Shown here: in pieces, positions 13,297 through 24,883 of the stretch
How the letters are laid out: every line of letters starts with the position of its first letter
Position numbering within the stretch: the first letter of the stretch is position 1
Source: Rhizodiscina lignyota
Lineage: Eukaryota
NCBI GenBank assembly: GCA_010015805.1
Contig: ML978130.1
Location: 1,178,001 to 1,242,000, forward strand
Direction: 5' to 3'
DNA length: 64,000 nt
Translations under genes and position numbers: made by a program
The notes under the pieces: generated by a model
Seen by the model: the letters and a program-made list of their open reading frames with translations, nothing else
Told to the model about the DNA's origin: nothing
Databases searched by the model: none

Positions 13297-14691
13297 CGAA
13301 GCCACTCAGAAGACTCAGGAGGTTTCAGCGGCTAAAGGATATGAGTGTATTAATGACACGTAGCTAAATACTAAGGTGCAACGCGAAACGAGATAATTTT
13401 CAAAGCTGATTATCTCGCCATGAGTGATGCTCGTGCTGTGTGCGCAGTACGATCAAGTAAACAACCAAAGTGCCTCATGAGAATTTGCCTATATGAATCT
13501 TCAGTCTCTTTTATCGTTATGCAACTGCTGTTCACATCTGCACCCAGAAAGGGAAAATGGCAGACTGCTAGACCTGGTACCCACTAGTGGTACTTCACAT
13601 ACAACTGTTGTGCTTAATATCGCGATAAAATATCCACCTGTAACCCAAATGAAATTAGCACTTAGATAGGAGTATGAACAATACCTCGAATTTGTAAAGA
13701 TTATGCCTAGATTTGAGCCTAATAGTAGCCCAGTTTTGGGAGTTTAAATGTATCATTAGTATCGGAAGCGCCGAACTTGTATGGGCAGCAACCCAGGGGC
13801 TACCATATTCGTGTATTAGATAGCTCATAATTATCTAATATATCTTTATCAGAGAAGTTTAAACTCTGTTAGCTATGCACTTCACTATGCAGTATAGTGA
13901 ATGAATTTAGAAGAAACCTATGCGACTACAGCCGGTAAAGGAATACAAAATGAGAACTAGCGAGTGCGGCATGGAAGCCAGTGAAGACAGCAACTGCACT
14001 TAGAGGCAAGGATTACGAAGCTGGAAATGATTACTAAGTTGTTGGAGGACATTCAACACTTCTTATCTAGAGATATAGCATCCAGGCAAGAATTACAAGG
14101 TAGTGTAGCAGAGCTTGGGGTGGCAATCCGGGGCACCCGACGCAATCCGGCCACAGAATTCCAATCCAGTTGATATTCTCATGTCATTACCAAATCACTT
14201 AGGTACTCAGAGCAAACATGGTGAGCAATCTCTTTCAAAGTGTCGATGAGCAGAAAATCGAGTTGACCGAAAGGACAGAAATTGAACATAAGAAGATGCA
14301 ACAGTGGCGACCATTGTCGTCTTACGGGACTCTGAGCGGAAGGAATGTAATGAGCCGTGACGCCGACAATCCAATCAGCACACGGGTGGGTCCGGACAAT
14401 AAATCTTTCATATTCAGAGGCAATTGCGAGATGTCGGGGAGAAGCTTGATCTTGGCTGGATCTTCGCGATGCGGATCTTGATCCCCCGGGGACTTCCCCG
14501 CAACCTTATATAAATCTTCATGTCGCAGCCAGATTCAGTCTCGGAATTTAATATCAACTTGTTCTCCTAAAGATACCATATCGGAAAGATTCCCTTGAAA
14601 GTACTGATAGTTACATTCTATCGTGGGCCTCGTCGATACTCTTACATTTCATACAACGCCAAAGCCGAGATTATACTCCGCCATTCGAACT

Positions 14692-15387
14692 ATGCCTAAA
14701 TCAACTGCAATTCTGTACCCGCTTACCTCGAGGCACCCAGACAAATCAGAAGCAGACTTCAACAAATGGTACGATGAAGTCCACGCGCCAAGTCGCGCCA
14801 GCTGTCCAGGAGTGAACCGCGTATCCCGTTACAAAGCGACAGACGGCCAGCAACCGGAATGGCTCGCCATTTACGAACTCTCCGACACATCAGCACTCCA
14901 AACACCGGAGTACAAAAAAGCGCGAGAGAATGACGGAGATGATGAATCAACCATGTTCAAATTGCTCGATCGCAGAGTATACAAAGTATTTAGCGACATA
15001 AAGCGAGAAGATTACGATACTTACACTGGAAACCGCGATATGATTCATGTCTGCACGGAGCCGATTAACCATGTCTCGGAAAATGAGTTCAACGCCTGGT
15101 ACGAGGACGAGCATGTGCCGTATCTGCAGAAATGTCCAGGCTGGCTGAGGTCGGTCCGTTGTATCATCGAAGACTCGCGAGACCCAAGGGATACGTCAAA
15201 CCCGGAGGGCAATACGGCTAGTAGAGCGAAGTATTTGGCATTCCACGAGTGGGAGGATGGAGACAAGGTGTATGCTTCGGATGAACACAAGTACGCGATC
15301 ACAACACCGTGGAGGATGAGAATCATGACGAGCATTGATGAAAAGAGCGAGGAGAGGAGGAGATTCAAGCTCTGGAAGCAGTTCTGA
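14692..15387 (+). CDS. tandem EthD/DABB (dimeric alpha-beta barrel) domain protein
   Basis: Two copies of the motif: DFNKWYDEVHAP...CPG and EFNAWYEDEHVP...CPGW, each followed by (W/Y)LA(I/F)(Y/H)E; intronless. Confidence 0.85.
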   Translation: MPKSTAILYPLTSRHPDKSEADFNKWYDEVHAPSRASCPGVNRVSRYKATDGQQPEWLAIYELSDTSALQTPEYKKARENDGDDESTMFKLLDRRVYKVFSDIKREDYDTYTGNRDMIHVCTEPINHVSENEFNAWYEDEHVPYLQKCPGWLRSVRCIIEDSRDPRDTSNPEGNTASRAKYLAFHEWEDGDKVYASDEHKYAITTPWRMRIMTSIDEKSEERRRFKLWKQF

Positions 15388-15985
15388 GTCTTCTACGAGA
15401 AGGGTGTTACGATAAGATTACGGAGATGCTTCTCAACTTGGTGTGTTTAGAGTGGGTCATGAATGTTCAGAGCCAACGATGAAGAATCAACCTTGGCCAT
15501 AGAACTTTGAAACAAATTTCAAGACTCGCCGTTTTAATTACTTTCTCTCGAGTCTGTGCAACTTGCAGGGGTGCATATTCAGGAGGTTGGTGATGTGGTT
15601 CCCAGCGCGCCATCATATTTCCCTAGACTTCCGAAGCTCCGCAGGACACACGACAAGCCCTATTCCGTAGCAGCATTCGAATCTGAAAATTGTTGCTTAT
15701 TGTGGCATGGTCCGCCCAATTCAGACCTGTCATCATACCCCTGCTCCCCCAGATTCCCCCCGCGCGCCGCAATGACAGCATCAACGCCAAAGTTGGCTTG
15801 ATTCGGGAAGTCCATGCGAAACGAGAAAGTCTCCGCCGCACAGCGTCAAGCGTCAAAGGGGAAGGTCACAGTAGGCAAATCGTCCGCTGCCGAAGCAATG
15901 ACTGCATTCGTGAATCAAATACGCTCGGGACCGTATATATGGCGCGCAATGTCAGCTCTCTTATGGCTTCATTATTCCTGGCAAG

Positions 15986-17515
15986 ATGAAGGACGCTGCC
16001 TTCACTGACGAGTCACAGCTGGCCCAGCTTGGGCACGCGCAGTCCTTTGAACGACAATTTTCGAAATGGTCTATGCTCGGCCTTGCATTCGCTATTCTCA
16101 ACTCATGGACGGCTCTTGCAGCGTCTCTCTCGTTAGCCCTGCCATCAGGTGGTCCAATCGCCGTGATATGGGGATTAGTTACAGCTGGAATCTGTAATTT
16201 GTCTCTTGCTGCGAGTCTTGCCGAATTTTTATCCGCATATCCAACTGCTGGGGGCCAGTACCATTGGGTCGCAATGATCTCACCTCCGTCGCTGAAACGA
16301 GGTCTCTCCTGGGTGACTGGGTGGATCAACTTGACAGGCTGGGTAGCATTAGTTGCGACGAACAGCTCCCTGGCCAGCACTCTGATCATCAATATCATTT
16401 CGCTCGAAGTACCAGACTATGATTTTAAGAGATGGCATCAGTTTCTTCTCTATCTTGGGATCACAGCGCTGACCTTTGTCGTCAACGCATTTATGATACG
16501 CCTGCTGCCACACATCAATATGTTCGCATTGGTTTGGAGTATTGCCGGATTTTTCATCATCTCGATCGTAGTTCTCGCTACGGCCGCTCCTGACTACGCG
16601 ACAGGAGAATACGTCTTTGCAACGTTCATCAACACGACCGGATGGCCAGATGGCATCGCTTGGCTACTTGGGCTTTTGCAAGGAGGTCTTGGGCTGACTG
16701 GCTTCGATGCCGTTGCTCATATGATTGAGGAGATCCCAAATGCTGCGATCGAAGGCCCAAAAATTATGATTTACTGTCAATACATCGGAATCAGCACAGG
16801 ATTTCTCTTCCTTATCGTCTTACTTTTCGTCTCCGGAGGGACTGCGAACGCGCAGACGATAATTGAGTCCTCATCTGGCCCGCTTCTAGAGACCTTTTAC
16901 ATCGCAACCAGTTCGAAGACTGGAGCAGTGTGTCTGCTGATATTTCCACTCATATGCTTCTGTTTTGCTGGAATAGCCGTCATGACGACCTCATCACGGA
17001 TGACATTTGCATTCGCAAGGGATGGAGGCCTTCCATTATCATATTTGTGGTGGAGGGTTCATAATGGGCTGAGCGTCCCGCTCAACGCTCTTTACCTCAA
17101 CGTTTTCGTGGTAGTGATATTCGGCTGCATCTACCTCGGCTCCAGCGTTGCTTTCAATGCTATCATTGCAGCTTCAGTGGTTGCTCTAGGAGTGAGCTAT
17201 GGAATACCGGTTGCATTGAACATGGCCCAATTGAGAAGGAAGCTACCAGAGCGAGTTTTCGCCCTTCCAGAGTGGCTCGGATGGACAGTCAACACTATTG
17301 GACTGGTATACACTATCGTTACAACGGTCTTGTTCTTATTTCCGCCTGCCATTCCCGTGGATGGAACAACAATGAACTATTGCATTGTCGCCTTTGCGAT
17401 TATCATCATCATTTCTACCATACAGTGGATATTTGACGGCCGGAAGAACTACGAGGGGCCTCGGATTACAATTGATGAAGTGCGCAGGGGGTCTATGGTC
17501 CCAGACTCCGTGTGA
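15986..17515 (+). CDS. APC-superfamily amino acid/choline/GABA permease (Uga4/Hnm1-like)
   Basis: 509 aa, ~12 hydrophobic segments, SLAEFLSAYPTAGGQYHW, GFDAVAHMIEE, SSRMTFAFARDGGLP; intronless. Confidence 0.95.
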   Translation: MKDAAFTDESQLAQLGHAQSFERQFSKWSMLGLAFAILNSWTALAASLSLALPSGGPIAVIWGLVTAGICNLSLAASLAEFLSAYPTAGGQYHWVAMISPPSLKRGLSWVTGWINLTGWVALVATNSSLASTLIINIISLEVPDYDFKRWHQFLLYLGITALTFVVNAFMIRLLPHINMFALVWSIAGFFIISIVVLATAAPDYATGEYVFATFINTTGWPDGIAWLLGLLQGGLGLTGFDAVAHMIEEIPNAAIEGPKIMIYCQYIGISTGFLFLIVLLFVSGGTANAQTIIESSSGPLLETFYIATSSKTGAVCLLIFPLICFCFAGIAVMTTSSRMTFAFARDGGLPLSYLWWRVHNGLSVPLNALYLNVFVVVIFGCIYLGSSVAFNAIIAASVVALGVSYGIPVALNMAQLRRKLPERVFALPEWLGWTVNTIGLVYTIVTTVLFLFPPAIPVDGTTMNYCIVAFAIIIIISTIQWIFDGRKNYEGPRITIDEVRRGSMVPDSV

Positions 17516-18128
17516 ACAAGAAAAAGCAAGTGCTCACAAAAATTGTTGAGGCAGTTCTGCGTGATTGTTGTTGTGCTATGTGCGAGTCATAGATCCCAAG
17601 CGAGCCTCAGCCTTCGCCGTTATTGTACATACTTCAAATGCATGGCCGTTGGCGCCCTCAGCTAGAAGCAACATCTTTACTTAAACTTCATTCACAGATC
17701 GGAAATTGTCAACGTCGTGGCATGATGTGGATGTTGACATGTGAAAATCACGTTTGCTCCGCCCACCTATGGCATCCACCCGAGATGAACTTCAATGGCA
17801 TAATCAGACATTGCAAAGCGACAACCCCTTTAGGAAATGAATCAGCCTCGGATTCAAACATATCTGAATGGCTGTTCCTGCAGCGTGCCTCATCGACAGG
17901 GGGAATACCGCAAGCTTCATTGGAACAATAAAATATACAGCCTCAGCTGGAAAACCTCAACGATCTCTAGCTGCACCAAGACTGCTCATGAGCTGGAGGG
18001 AATGAAAAGTTCGATACATAAAGGCAAGCCCCAAGCAAAGATGGCTTCATTCGCTCATTGAGCATTATTCTTGCGCACCAACCTGCGTTTCATCTCAGGC
18101 CAGCATTTCGTAAATATCATATATCAAG

Positions 18129-18705
18129 ATGCATTTCTTCACCGCCATCACGGCCTCTCTCACTCTCGCCTCTGGGGTTCTTGCAGCTGCTGGGCCACCA
18201 TACGGTCCATACAACCCAGGATTCTACGACTCACCTGCCGAAAGAGCAACTTCGAAAGGCCGCCTTGAAATCATCAACAACTGCAACTACCCGGTCTACG
18301 TGAACTTCGTCCGACCAGGCACCACCAGCACCAGCAGAACATTTCCGAGCAAGTCCAAGTACTCCGAAACCTACAAGGGAACTGAGAATAAGATCTACAG
18401 TAAGTATTCCTACATCCTTACACAGGATTACGCAATGCTAACAGCCGTTGCGTCTATTAGTCCGAAGACACCAGAGCACCGCTCAAAACCAGCCGATGGC
18501 GGTCTTCAGGTACTCCGACTACAACGGAGAGCTCAGATACAGATTCTTGACGGAAAATGGCTCTCTTTCCTTCGGAAGCCCGTCGCCGTACTTCAAGTTG
18601 GTGGGTCAGGGCACCTGTCCCAGCACCAGTCATTATACCACTGGAGACACGGTCTATAGGTGCAATGACAAGTACAGTGTCACTCTGACGCTCTGCAAGT
18701 CCTGA
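18129..18705 (+). CDS. small secreted Cys-containing protein, Bys1/thaumatin-like candidate
   Basis: Signal peptide MHFFTAITASLTLASGVLA; IINNCNYPVYV and terminal VTLTLC; intron 18400-18460 joins the two ORFs in frame. Confidence 0.75.
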
Positions 18706-19770
18706 GTGCGGGAAGAAAGGAGATCGGAGCGAGCGTAAAGTGTATGTAGCTGGGAAGTATGAGTCACTGTCAGGTGCATGAAGGTGAATTAATTTGGATA
18801 TTGATAGCTGAGATCGAACCATTAATGTATGAACATAAAGAAGAGCGCGTAAATCTACAACACGGTTTAGTTTTGACCAACTGCACTTGATCACTTGCCC
18901 TGCGTCTTCCGAATGCCTATCGCGAGCGCTTTAGTCTTGCTCCAGATAAGGCAGAGTCGTTCTAGAAGTGCCCGAGAAGAGAGCAGATGTGCGTCATTTT
19001 CTGCCCGATGCGCTGAAAGCCGGCGTCATCGAACCAGATAACCAGAGTTATGCGAAGACAACTCGTACAGAACGGCATAGTATCATATGCAACGTATTCA
19101 TCGCCTGACGCAATTCCGCGTTGCAGTTCGCTGAGGGATCGCGCCGGCATTGATACGCAGCGCAATCACGGCCTACCGGGTGCATACGATCCGTGTCACT
19201 CGTGTTGTCTCAGAGGTTCGTGGAGAAATGCTGTATGTATAGAAATTGGCGAAGGGGACATTTGAACTGGAGTTGAAGGAGAGTGGCTGGGCTGTCAGCT
19301 AGGCCATTTGAAGCATGGATCGACCATGGTGGTGCGGAGGGTGCCTTTCCACGGACCCAAAGCTGCTTTTAAGGGGCTTCTTTTTTGAGAGGTTCACCAA
19401 GCTCACTTAAAACTGAGTCGCTGTGATCTCAGTAGTGTCCGTAAGACATTTTACTTCAACTAGCACAAAATCAACAAGACATGTGGCTGACCGATAAATC
19501 GGTTCCTTGGGTGGACGTGGTGGGAGATCTCATTCCGACTATCCGCACCTCTGTGCGGGGTGGTCAACCTGGGGTTCAGGAGCAAGCTTTAACTGTGTCG
19601 TGAATCTTCTCAAAGCCAATTGCAACTCTAATACCAAATTGTTTCAAGTTGTGTCGTCTTCTGATTTCTTCATTCCATATTTCAAGCCTGTCCATTCGGC
19701 TGCTCTCAGCGTAAATCACTTTGTCACCGAAGAACTCAAGTAACAAATTCAATATTAAAACATTACCATC

Positions 19771-20613
19771 ATGGGATATCCCGATCTTCAAGGAAAAGTG
19801 GCCCTTGTCACTGGTATTGGGCAAATGGGTGATACAGGAATCGGCCAGCAGGATCCCAATATCTGGGGCAACGGTGCTGCCATCGCCAAAAAATTATACG
19901 ATTATGGAGCGAAGGTGTTCGGGTGCGATTTGGTTCTTTCATCCGCAGAAGAGACACAAGGGCTCATCAAATCCGCATCGCCATCATCTAACACACCTGG
20001 ATCCATCGATGTCATCCAAGCAGACGTGACATCTGCATCCTCCGTAAAGGCCATGATCAACGCTTGCATCCAAAAGCATGGTAGAATCGACATTCTGGTG
20101 AACAATGTTGGCAGACCAGCGCCAGGCGGAGCAGGTGATATGGATGAGGCAACATGGGATGCTCAAATCAACGTAAATCTCAAGTCGGTCTTCCTTTGCA
20201 GCAAGTTTGCACTTCCGCATTTAGAGTCTGTTGGCGGAGTCGTTGTAAACCTCGGTTCCGTTGCTGGCGTCGGTTGGACGGGCAAGGCTCAGATTGGCTA
20301 TGCGACTACAAAAGGTGCCGTGATCCAGTATACGCGAGTTGCAGCGGTTGAGTATGCTAAGAGAGGCGTACGGTTCAACTGCGTAAGCCCAGGACTGGTG
20401 CACACACCGTTGGTGACCTTCATCGCGCAAAAGTATCCTCCGTACGATTATGATGCAACGATCAAAAAGAGGAACAACCAGGTGCCAATGGGAAAGATGG
20501 GACGCGCATGGGACGTCGCTGAAGGTGTGTGCTGGTTGAGTTCGGAAAAGAGTGGGTTTGTGACCGGTCATAATTTACTTGTTGATGGTGGGCAGGTGGC
20601 ATCGCTGTTGTAA
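19771..20613 (+). CDS. classical short-chain dehydrogenase/reductase
   Basis: KVALVTG, LVNNVG, catalytic YATTK, NCVSPG, VTGHNLLVDGG; intronless. Confidence 0.95.
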   Translation: MGYPDLQGKVALVTGIGQMGDTGIGQQDPNIWGNGAAIAKKLYDYGAKVFGCDLVLSSAEETQGLIKSASPSSNTPGSIDVIQADVTSASSVKAMINACIQKHGRIDILVNNVGRPAPGGAGDMDEATWDAQINVNLKSVFLCSKFALPHLESVGGVVVNLGSVAGVGWTGKAQIGYATTKGAVIQYTRVAAVEYAKRGVRFNCVSPGLVHTPLVTFIAQKYPPYDYDATIKKRNNQVPMGKMGRAWDVAEGVCWLSSEKSGFVTGHNLLVDGGQVASLL

Positions 20614-20816
20614 TTATTCAGTATCGAAGATGATCTCGGTTACTAACTGCTGTTGGTTCATTGATATCGCGAGATTTCAAATACCACTTGCTAATAGCCA
20701 TCAGAGAGAAAATTGGTTTCGCCGAGAAATAGGAATGCACCCAGTCCATCCCCCTGATGGCTATGTTGGCGACATCTGGAAATACCGCAATGTCACAACT
20801 CTGGCAGCTTGAAACC

Positions 20817-23800
20817 TCAGCGCCTTGTGTGTATCTTTTCGTGCCTTTTCCGATCATTCGCCCGCGTAAAAGCCTTCCCACAATCTGAACACACGTGTGG
20901 CCGTTCACCTGCATGACTGAGCTGATGGTTTCTTAAATGGAAGCCTCGTGAGAAGTTCTTGTTGCAAAGATCACAGCGCCAGCGCGATTCGATTGTTTTC
21001 TTCTTCACAGGAAACAACTCCATTTGGTCCTCAGGTTGTGGATGGAATGTCCGCCTATGCTTTTCCAGCTCTTTGTTTGATGCGAAGCCAAATTCTGCTA
21101 TGGTACAGTCAGGCACTTCGCAGCTGAATGGCCGATCATGGCGTTTGAGGTGGTGATCGCGCGTTTTGGCATCTTTGAACCCTTCATGGAAGTAGTAGCA
21201 GGTTAGTTTACGACATTTAAAGGTTCTGTCGCCGTAGAAGTATTGCAATGTCTGCCTGTCTGGACTAGATTTCTCAAGCAACGTGCGATTCCTCGTAAAA
21301 GTTTCGTTCAATGCAGAGAGACTGATGTCATTCCTTGCCGTTGGTCCCTTATTTTCATGTGATGATATATGAGTCCATATGCCAAGCAAGTAGTCGTAGA
21401 GAGGTGACTCCTGGAATCCCTCACAAGCGGCGAGGGACGCAGGTGGAAACGAGTTTTGATCGGTTTCAATGGAAAAACAAATCATGAAGTCCTCCAGGGA
21501 ATCGATGAGCTCGTTCATGGCAGTTTGAGCATCAGTATCTGTTCCAAGGACTTCATCTTTCGCGTCCACGATAGCTTTGACGTGTTGGGACCATTTTGCG
21601 ACTGCATAGTCCTGGAAGCCAAAGTCCCCATTCAGCGCATAATTGAGAAGTTGTGGCTCAGTGACGTCCTTCTTGAAGCATGGAAATGTGAGGTAGCGAA
21701 AGCAAAGCGCAGCAAGGCCGCATTCAACTATCGCCACTCTGATGATATCGCTTTTTGCAAAATGGCTACTAGTGGTCAGTACTAGGCCAAAAATACTAGC
21801 TAGACTTGGCTTTCTTACATCCTGGCTGTTATATGAACAAGCTCCACTCTGTCTCCAGGAAGAATGGAAACCAGCGAGCCGCACAACTCGTGGATATGAC
21901 TGCGAAGTTTGCGCGATTCAAAGTCTATAGTGTCGCGATCGGGCTCAATCGAGATTGCTGCCTGTATTTCAAGGCATTTCAAAGGTCTTTTGGCGCATAC
22001 CATCCAACCTAAGAGTTTGCGGACTATCTGCCATTGGTTCGGGTGGAGGGTGCGCCGCACGCGCTCGATGATGCGATTATAGCTGTCAGCATAAATATTA
22101 GCTCACTTCTGCGAAGTGATATGAAAAATAATACGAGCTTCAACGGGAATTGAGTGGCCCACTTACGCTTGCTCCAGGCCTCGGGGAAAGTGATGTTCAG
22201 ATATTTCTTCGTAGAGCTGGTCTCGCGTCTCTTGAGCGTTCAGGTTCTCCATCACCAAGACTGCGAACAAGAACATGCCTATGACGTAAAATAAGCTGAT
22301 GATGAGTCCTCGTGTTGCTTTTGCTTGCCTCTAGATCCGATGCAGGTCATGTCGCATATTCCTGATGTCTGCTTCTGGGATAGCTCAAATTTATGCTGTA
22401 ACAGGGAGCATTTGTCAAGAACAAATACTCTGATGTCATCTTTGATGTCTCTGGCTTCGAGGGAGGTGACTCCAGGGGGCGATACTAAAGTTGAGAAAGC
22501 TCTTTCGATGTCTTTGAAGTCTTGGCTGATGATAAGCACACGTAGTCGTCCGGGTTCCTGTTCGTCACAACGAGCTATTAAAGAGGTGATTTCAGACAAA
22601 AAAAGCTTTCTTTGGCCTGGTTCACATTCGTCGAGCCCATCAACGACCATAAAAATCTTGGGCAACGTTTCGCAGAATAGTTTAATGAGTTGAGATGCCA
22701 ATGATGTCGATGATAGGACAACCTCGCCGCTTAACATCCGTTTGTCGGAGCAAAATGGGACAAGAACGCGACACTGGCTAAGCAGTTGACTCAGAAGTCC
22801 TTTCAAGATAGACAGACAAGTATTTCGAGATGGGTCGTTCGCTTTACAGTAGTAGTAAGCTGTTGGATTCTTTGCATCTTTTAAACACTCGTCGATGACC
22901 ACAGATGCAAGTATAGTCTTCCCTGTTGATGTTTTAGTACCACTGAAACATGCGTGATGTTGTCTAAGTGACAAATCGCGTAGTTAAAGGTCGTAAGGTC
23001 GTGTATGACGTACCAGCACCAGGAATACCTTTGAGCCACAATAAAGATGATACAGGAATATCTGATTCTCTCCAATTCTCGATTTTTGGATGCCTGAGGA
23101 TCCAGTTCCCGCTTGCTTTGCTGGCTTTCCTTATTGAACGATGTGCCTCATGGTCTTCTACGTTGGACGACGCTCCCGCAAACCAGTCGATAACGACAAC
23201 ATACGACTGATTTGCCTCAGCCTCTTCCCGCTTCTTCAATGATTGACGGTCTCGATGGTATTGGTCTATGTGACGATAGATTGCTTCGCGGTCCTGCTGG
23301 TATTGTCCGAAGTGAATTACTGCAGCTCGGTCGATGAGGAGACGCTTATGTCGACGCAGGCCTTCCAGAATACTATGAAATCGTGTTTTGAAATCTTTCC
23401 ATACAGATCGAAATATTTGACGCCAGACTGCACGGAGAATAAATTAGCGTCTCACTGTCAGATGCGGGTCGAATGCCTTTGTGGGAATATCACACCTTTT
23501 CCGAAGAAGAATCGGATTGCTCTCCTATGGAATTCGAGGATGTCGGTGTATACTAATCCGAGTACGGTGCGCATTTCCTCGTTTTGGTCGAAGAGCTTTT
23601 TGTATTCCATGAGTAGCGGTATGCTCTCACCGATCTGCTCATATGCATCTAAAAGGACGTCGAATGAATCGGTCCAGGTGCTCGCTACCTTTTTCGCGCA
23701 TATCAACGTTAGCTCAAGTCATACACTATTTGATAACCAAGCAATAAGAAGAAGCGTCAAGTGTCGCTGGGTCACTCTACAGCAAGACCAAATGACATGT

Positions 23801-24144
23801 GAGGAGCTTTTCCATGAACATCGTCGTCGGACATAGAAAGTGTAAATACCTGCCTGGAGCATGAATTTCATTGGTCCCCAGATGAAAGCGATAAACTCAT
23901 TCGCATTTAGAAACACTTCAACAATACTACCGAATTGTTCCATAGCCTCCAGGAATGACTTTATTCTAGTCATGTTCATATTCGTCCTTGTGACTTCCTG
24001 TGTCTTTTGTATTTGGATGGCGGTCGTCTGTACATCTTCGAGTGTCGTAAATTCAAAATCTTTAAGTTCTTTTGGAGTGAGTCGCGTTTTAAATTTGGTC
24101 AAAGCCGTATCAAAGCTGTCCTTCAACTTCAAGTCGGCCATCAT
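20817..24144 (-). CDS. NACHT-type NTPase (fungal NLR-like) with helical N-terminus and four C-terminal C2H2 zinc fingers
   Basis: Walker A GIPGAG|KT split by an intron, Walker B IFMVVDGLDEC, winged-helix-like WMVCAKRPL...LVHITA; fingers CRKLTC..HLKRH, CEVPDC..HRRTFH, CDLC..HQLSH, CSDC..HEKIH with an AGERP linker; multi-exon. Confidence 0.9.
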
Positions 24145-24883
24145 AAAATGAGCCCGTCAGTGTTCCACAACATGATGTGGAGAAGAAAGAGATGCAGCCT
24201 GATGGTAAGAGCCATTGAATTGCTAACGTCATCAGGCAAACGATACTCGAGATTGCGCATGTCCCAGCGCAGGGAACAAGACAAGGAATCGCGCATGAGT
24301 GTCAGCCTCGACACCCTGAGAAGGGACAGAAACGGCAGGCCAAGACCAATGGGGAATAGCGTAGCGCCACGCGTGCGAGCAGCAAGAAATGAAACAACTC
24401 CTTTATCCGCGACAGGACGACTAGCTTCCAATCGCTTTCCATTCGACATCGTATTTCGTCAATCAGTACGAGGAATTTGCGCCTATGCCGCTTCATCCCC
24501 ATGCTCGTGGCTGGCTGCGCGCTCCATGAGTGCAGCTGAGGAGGAGGCAGTGCATGAGGCAAACACTATGCATCCTCAACGCAACCCATTCAAAAGGCGA
24601 GGTTGAGTCCCGCAAGAGACGCTTTCCAAAACCACGAGGGAACTACTTTAATTTTGTTGGCTATCTTCGAAATTCTAGAACTCTAGTATCCGTTTACTTC
24701 CTGAGTCCGGTTTCCATGCCATTCGTAAGGCTTTCTCAGCCTCCCAAGTGCAAGGCTGAAAGCTGCAGACCGCAGTTTTGTTCCTAATCTTGTCGGAAAT
24801 ATCCCATTCACTTGGTTGTATTATGACTCTCTTCTCGCGTGCAGTGTTAATCTTCTCTTCGAGGAGATGATTTTATTGAATAC

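Noticed and set aside
13400..14100. AT- and TpA-rich ORF-free stretch, possible RIP-mutated relic
   Set aside because: No terminal repeats or transposon motifs seen; RIP indices cannot be computed reliably by eye.
24007..24606. 199-aa plus-strand ORF between the NACHT and SNF2 genes
   Set aside because: Overlaps the NACHT 5' end antisense and has no protein-like features; an upstream SNF2 exon near 24526-24601 cannot be excluded.
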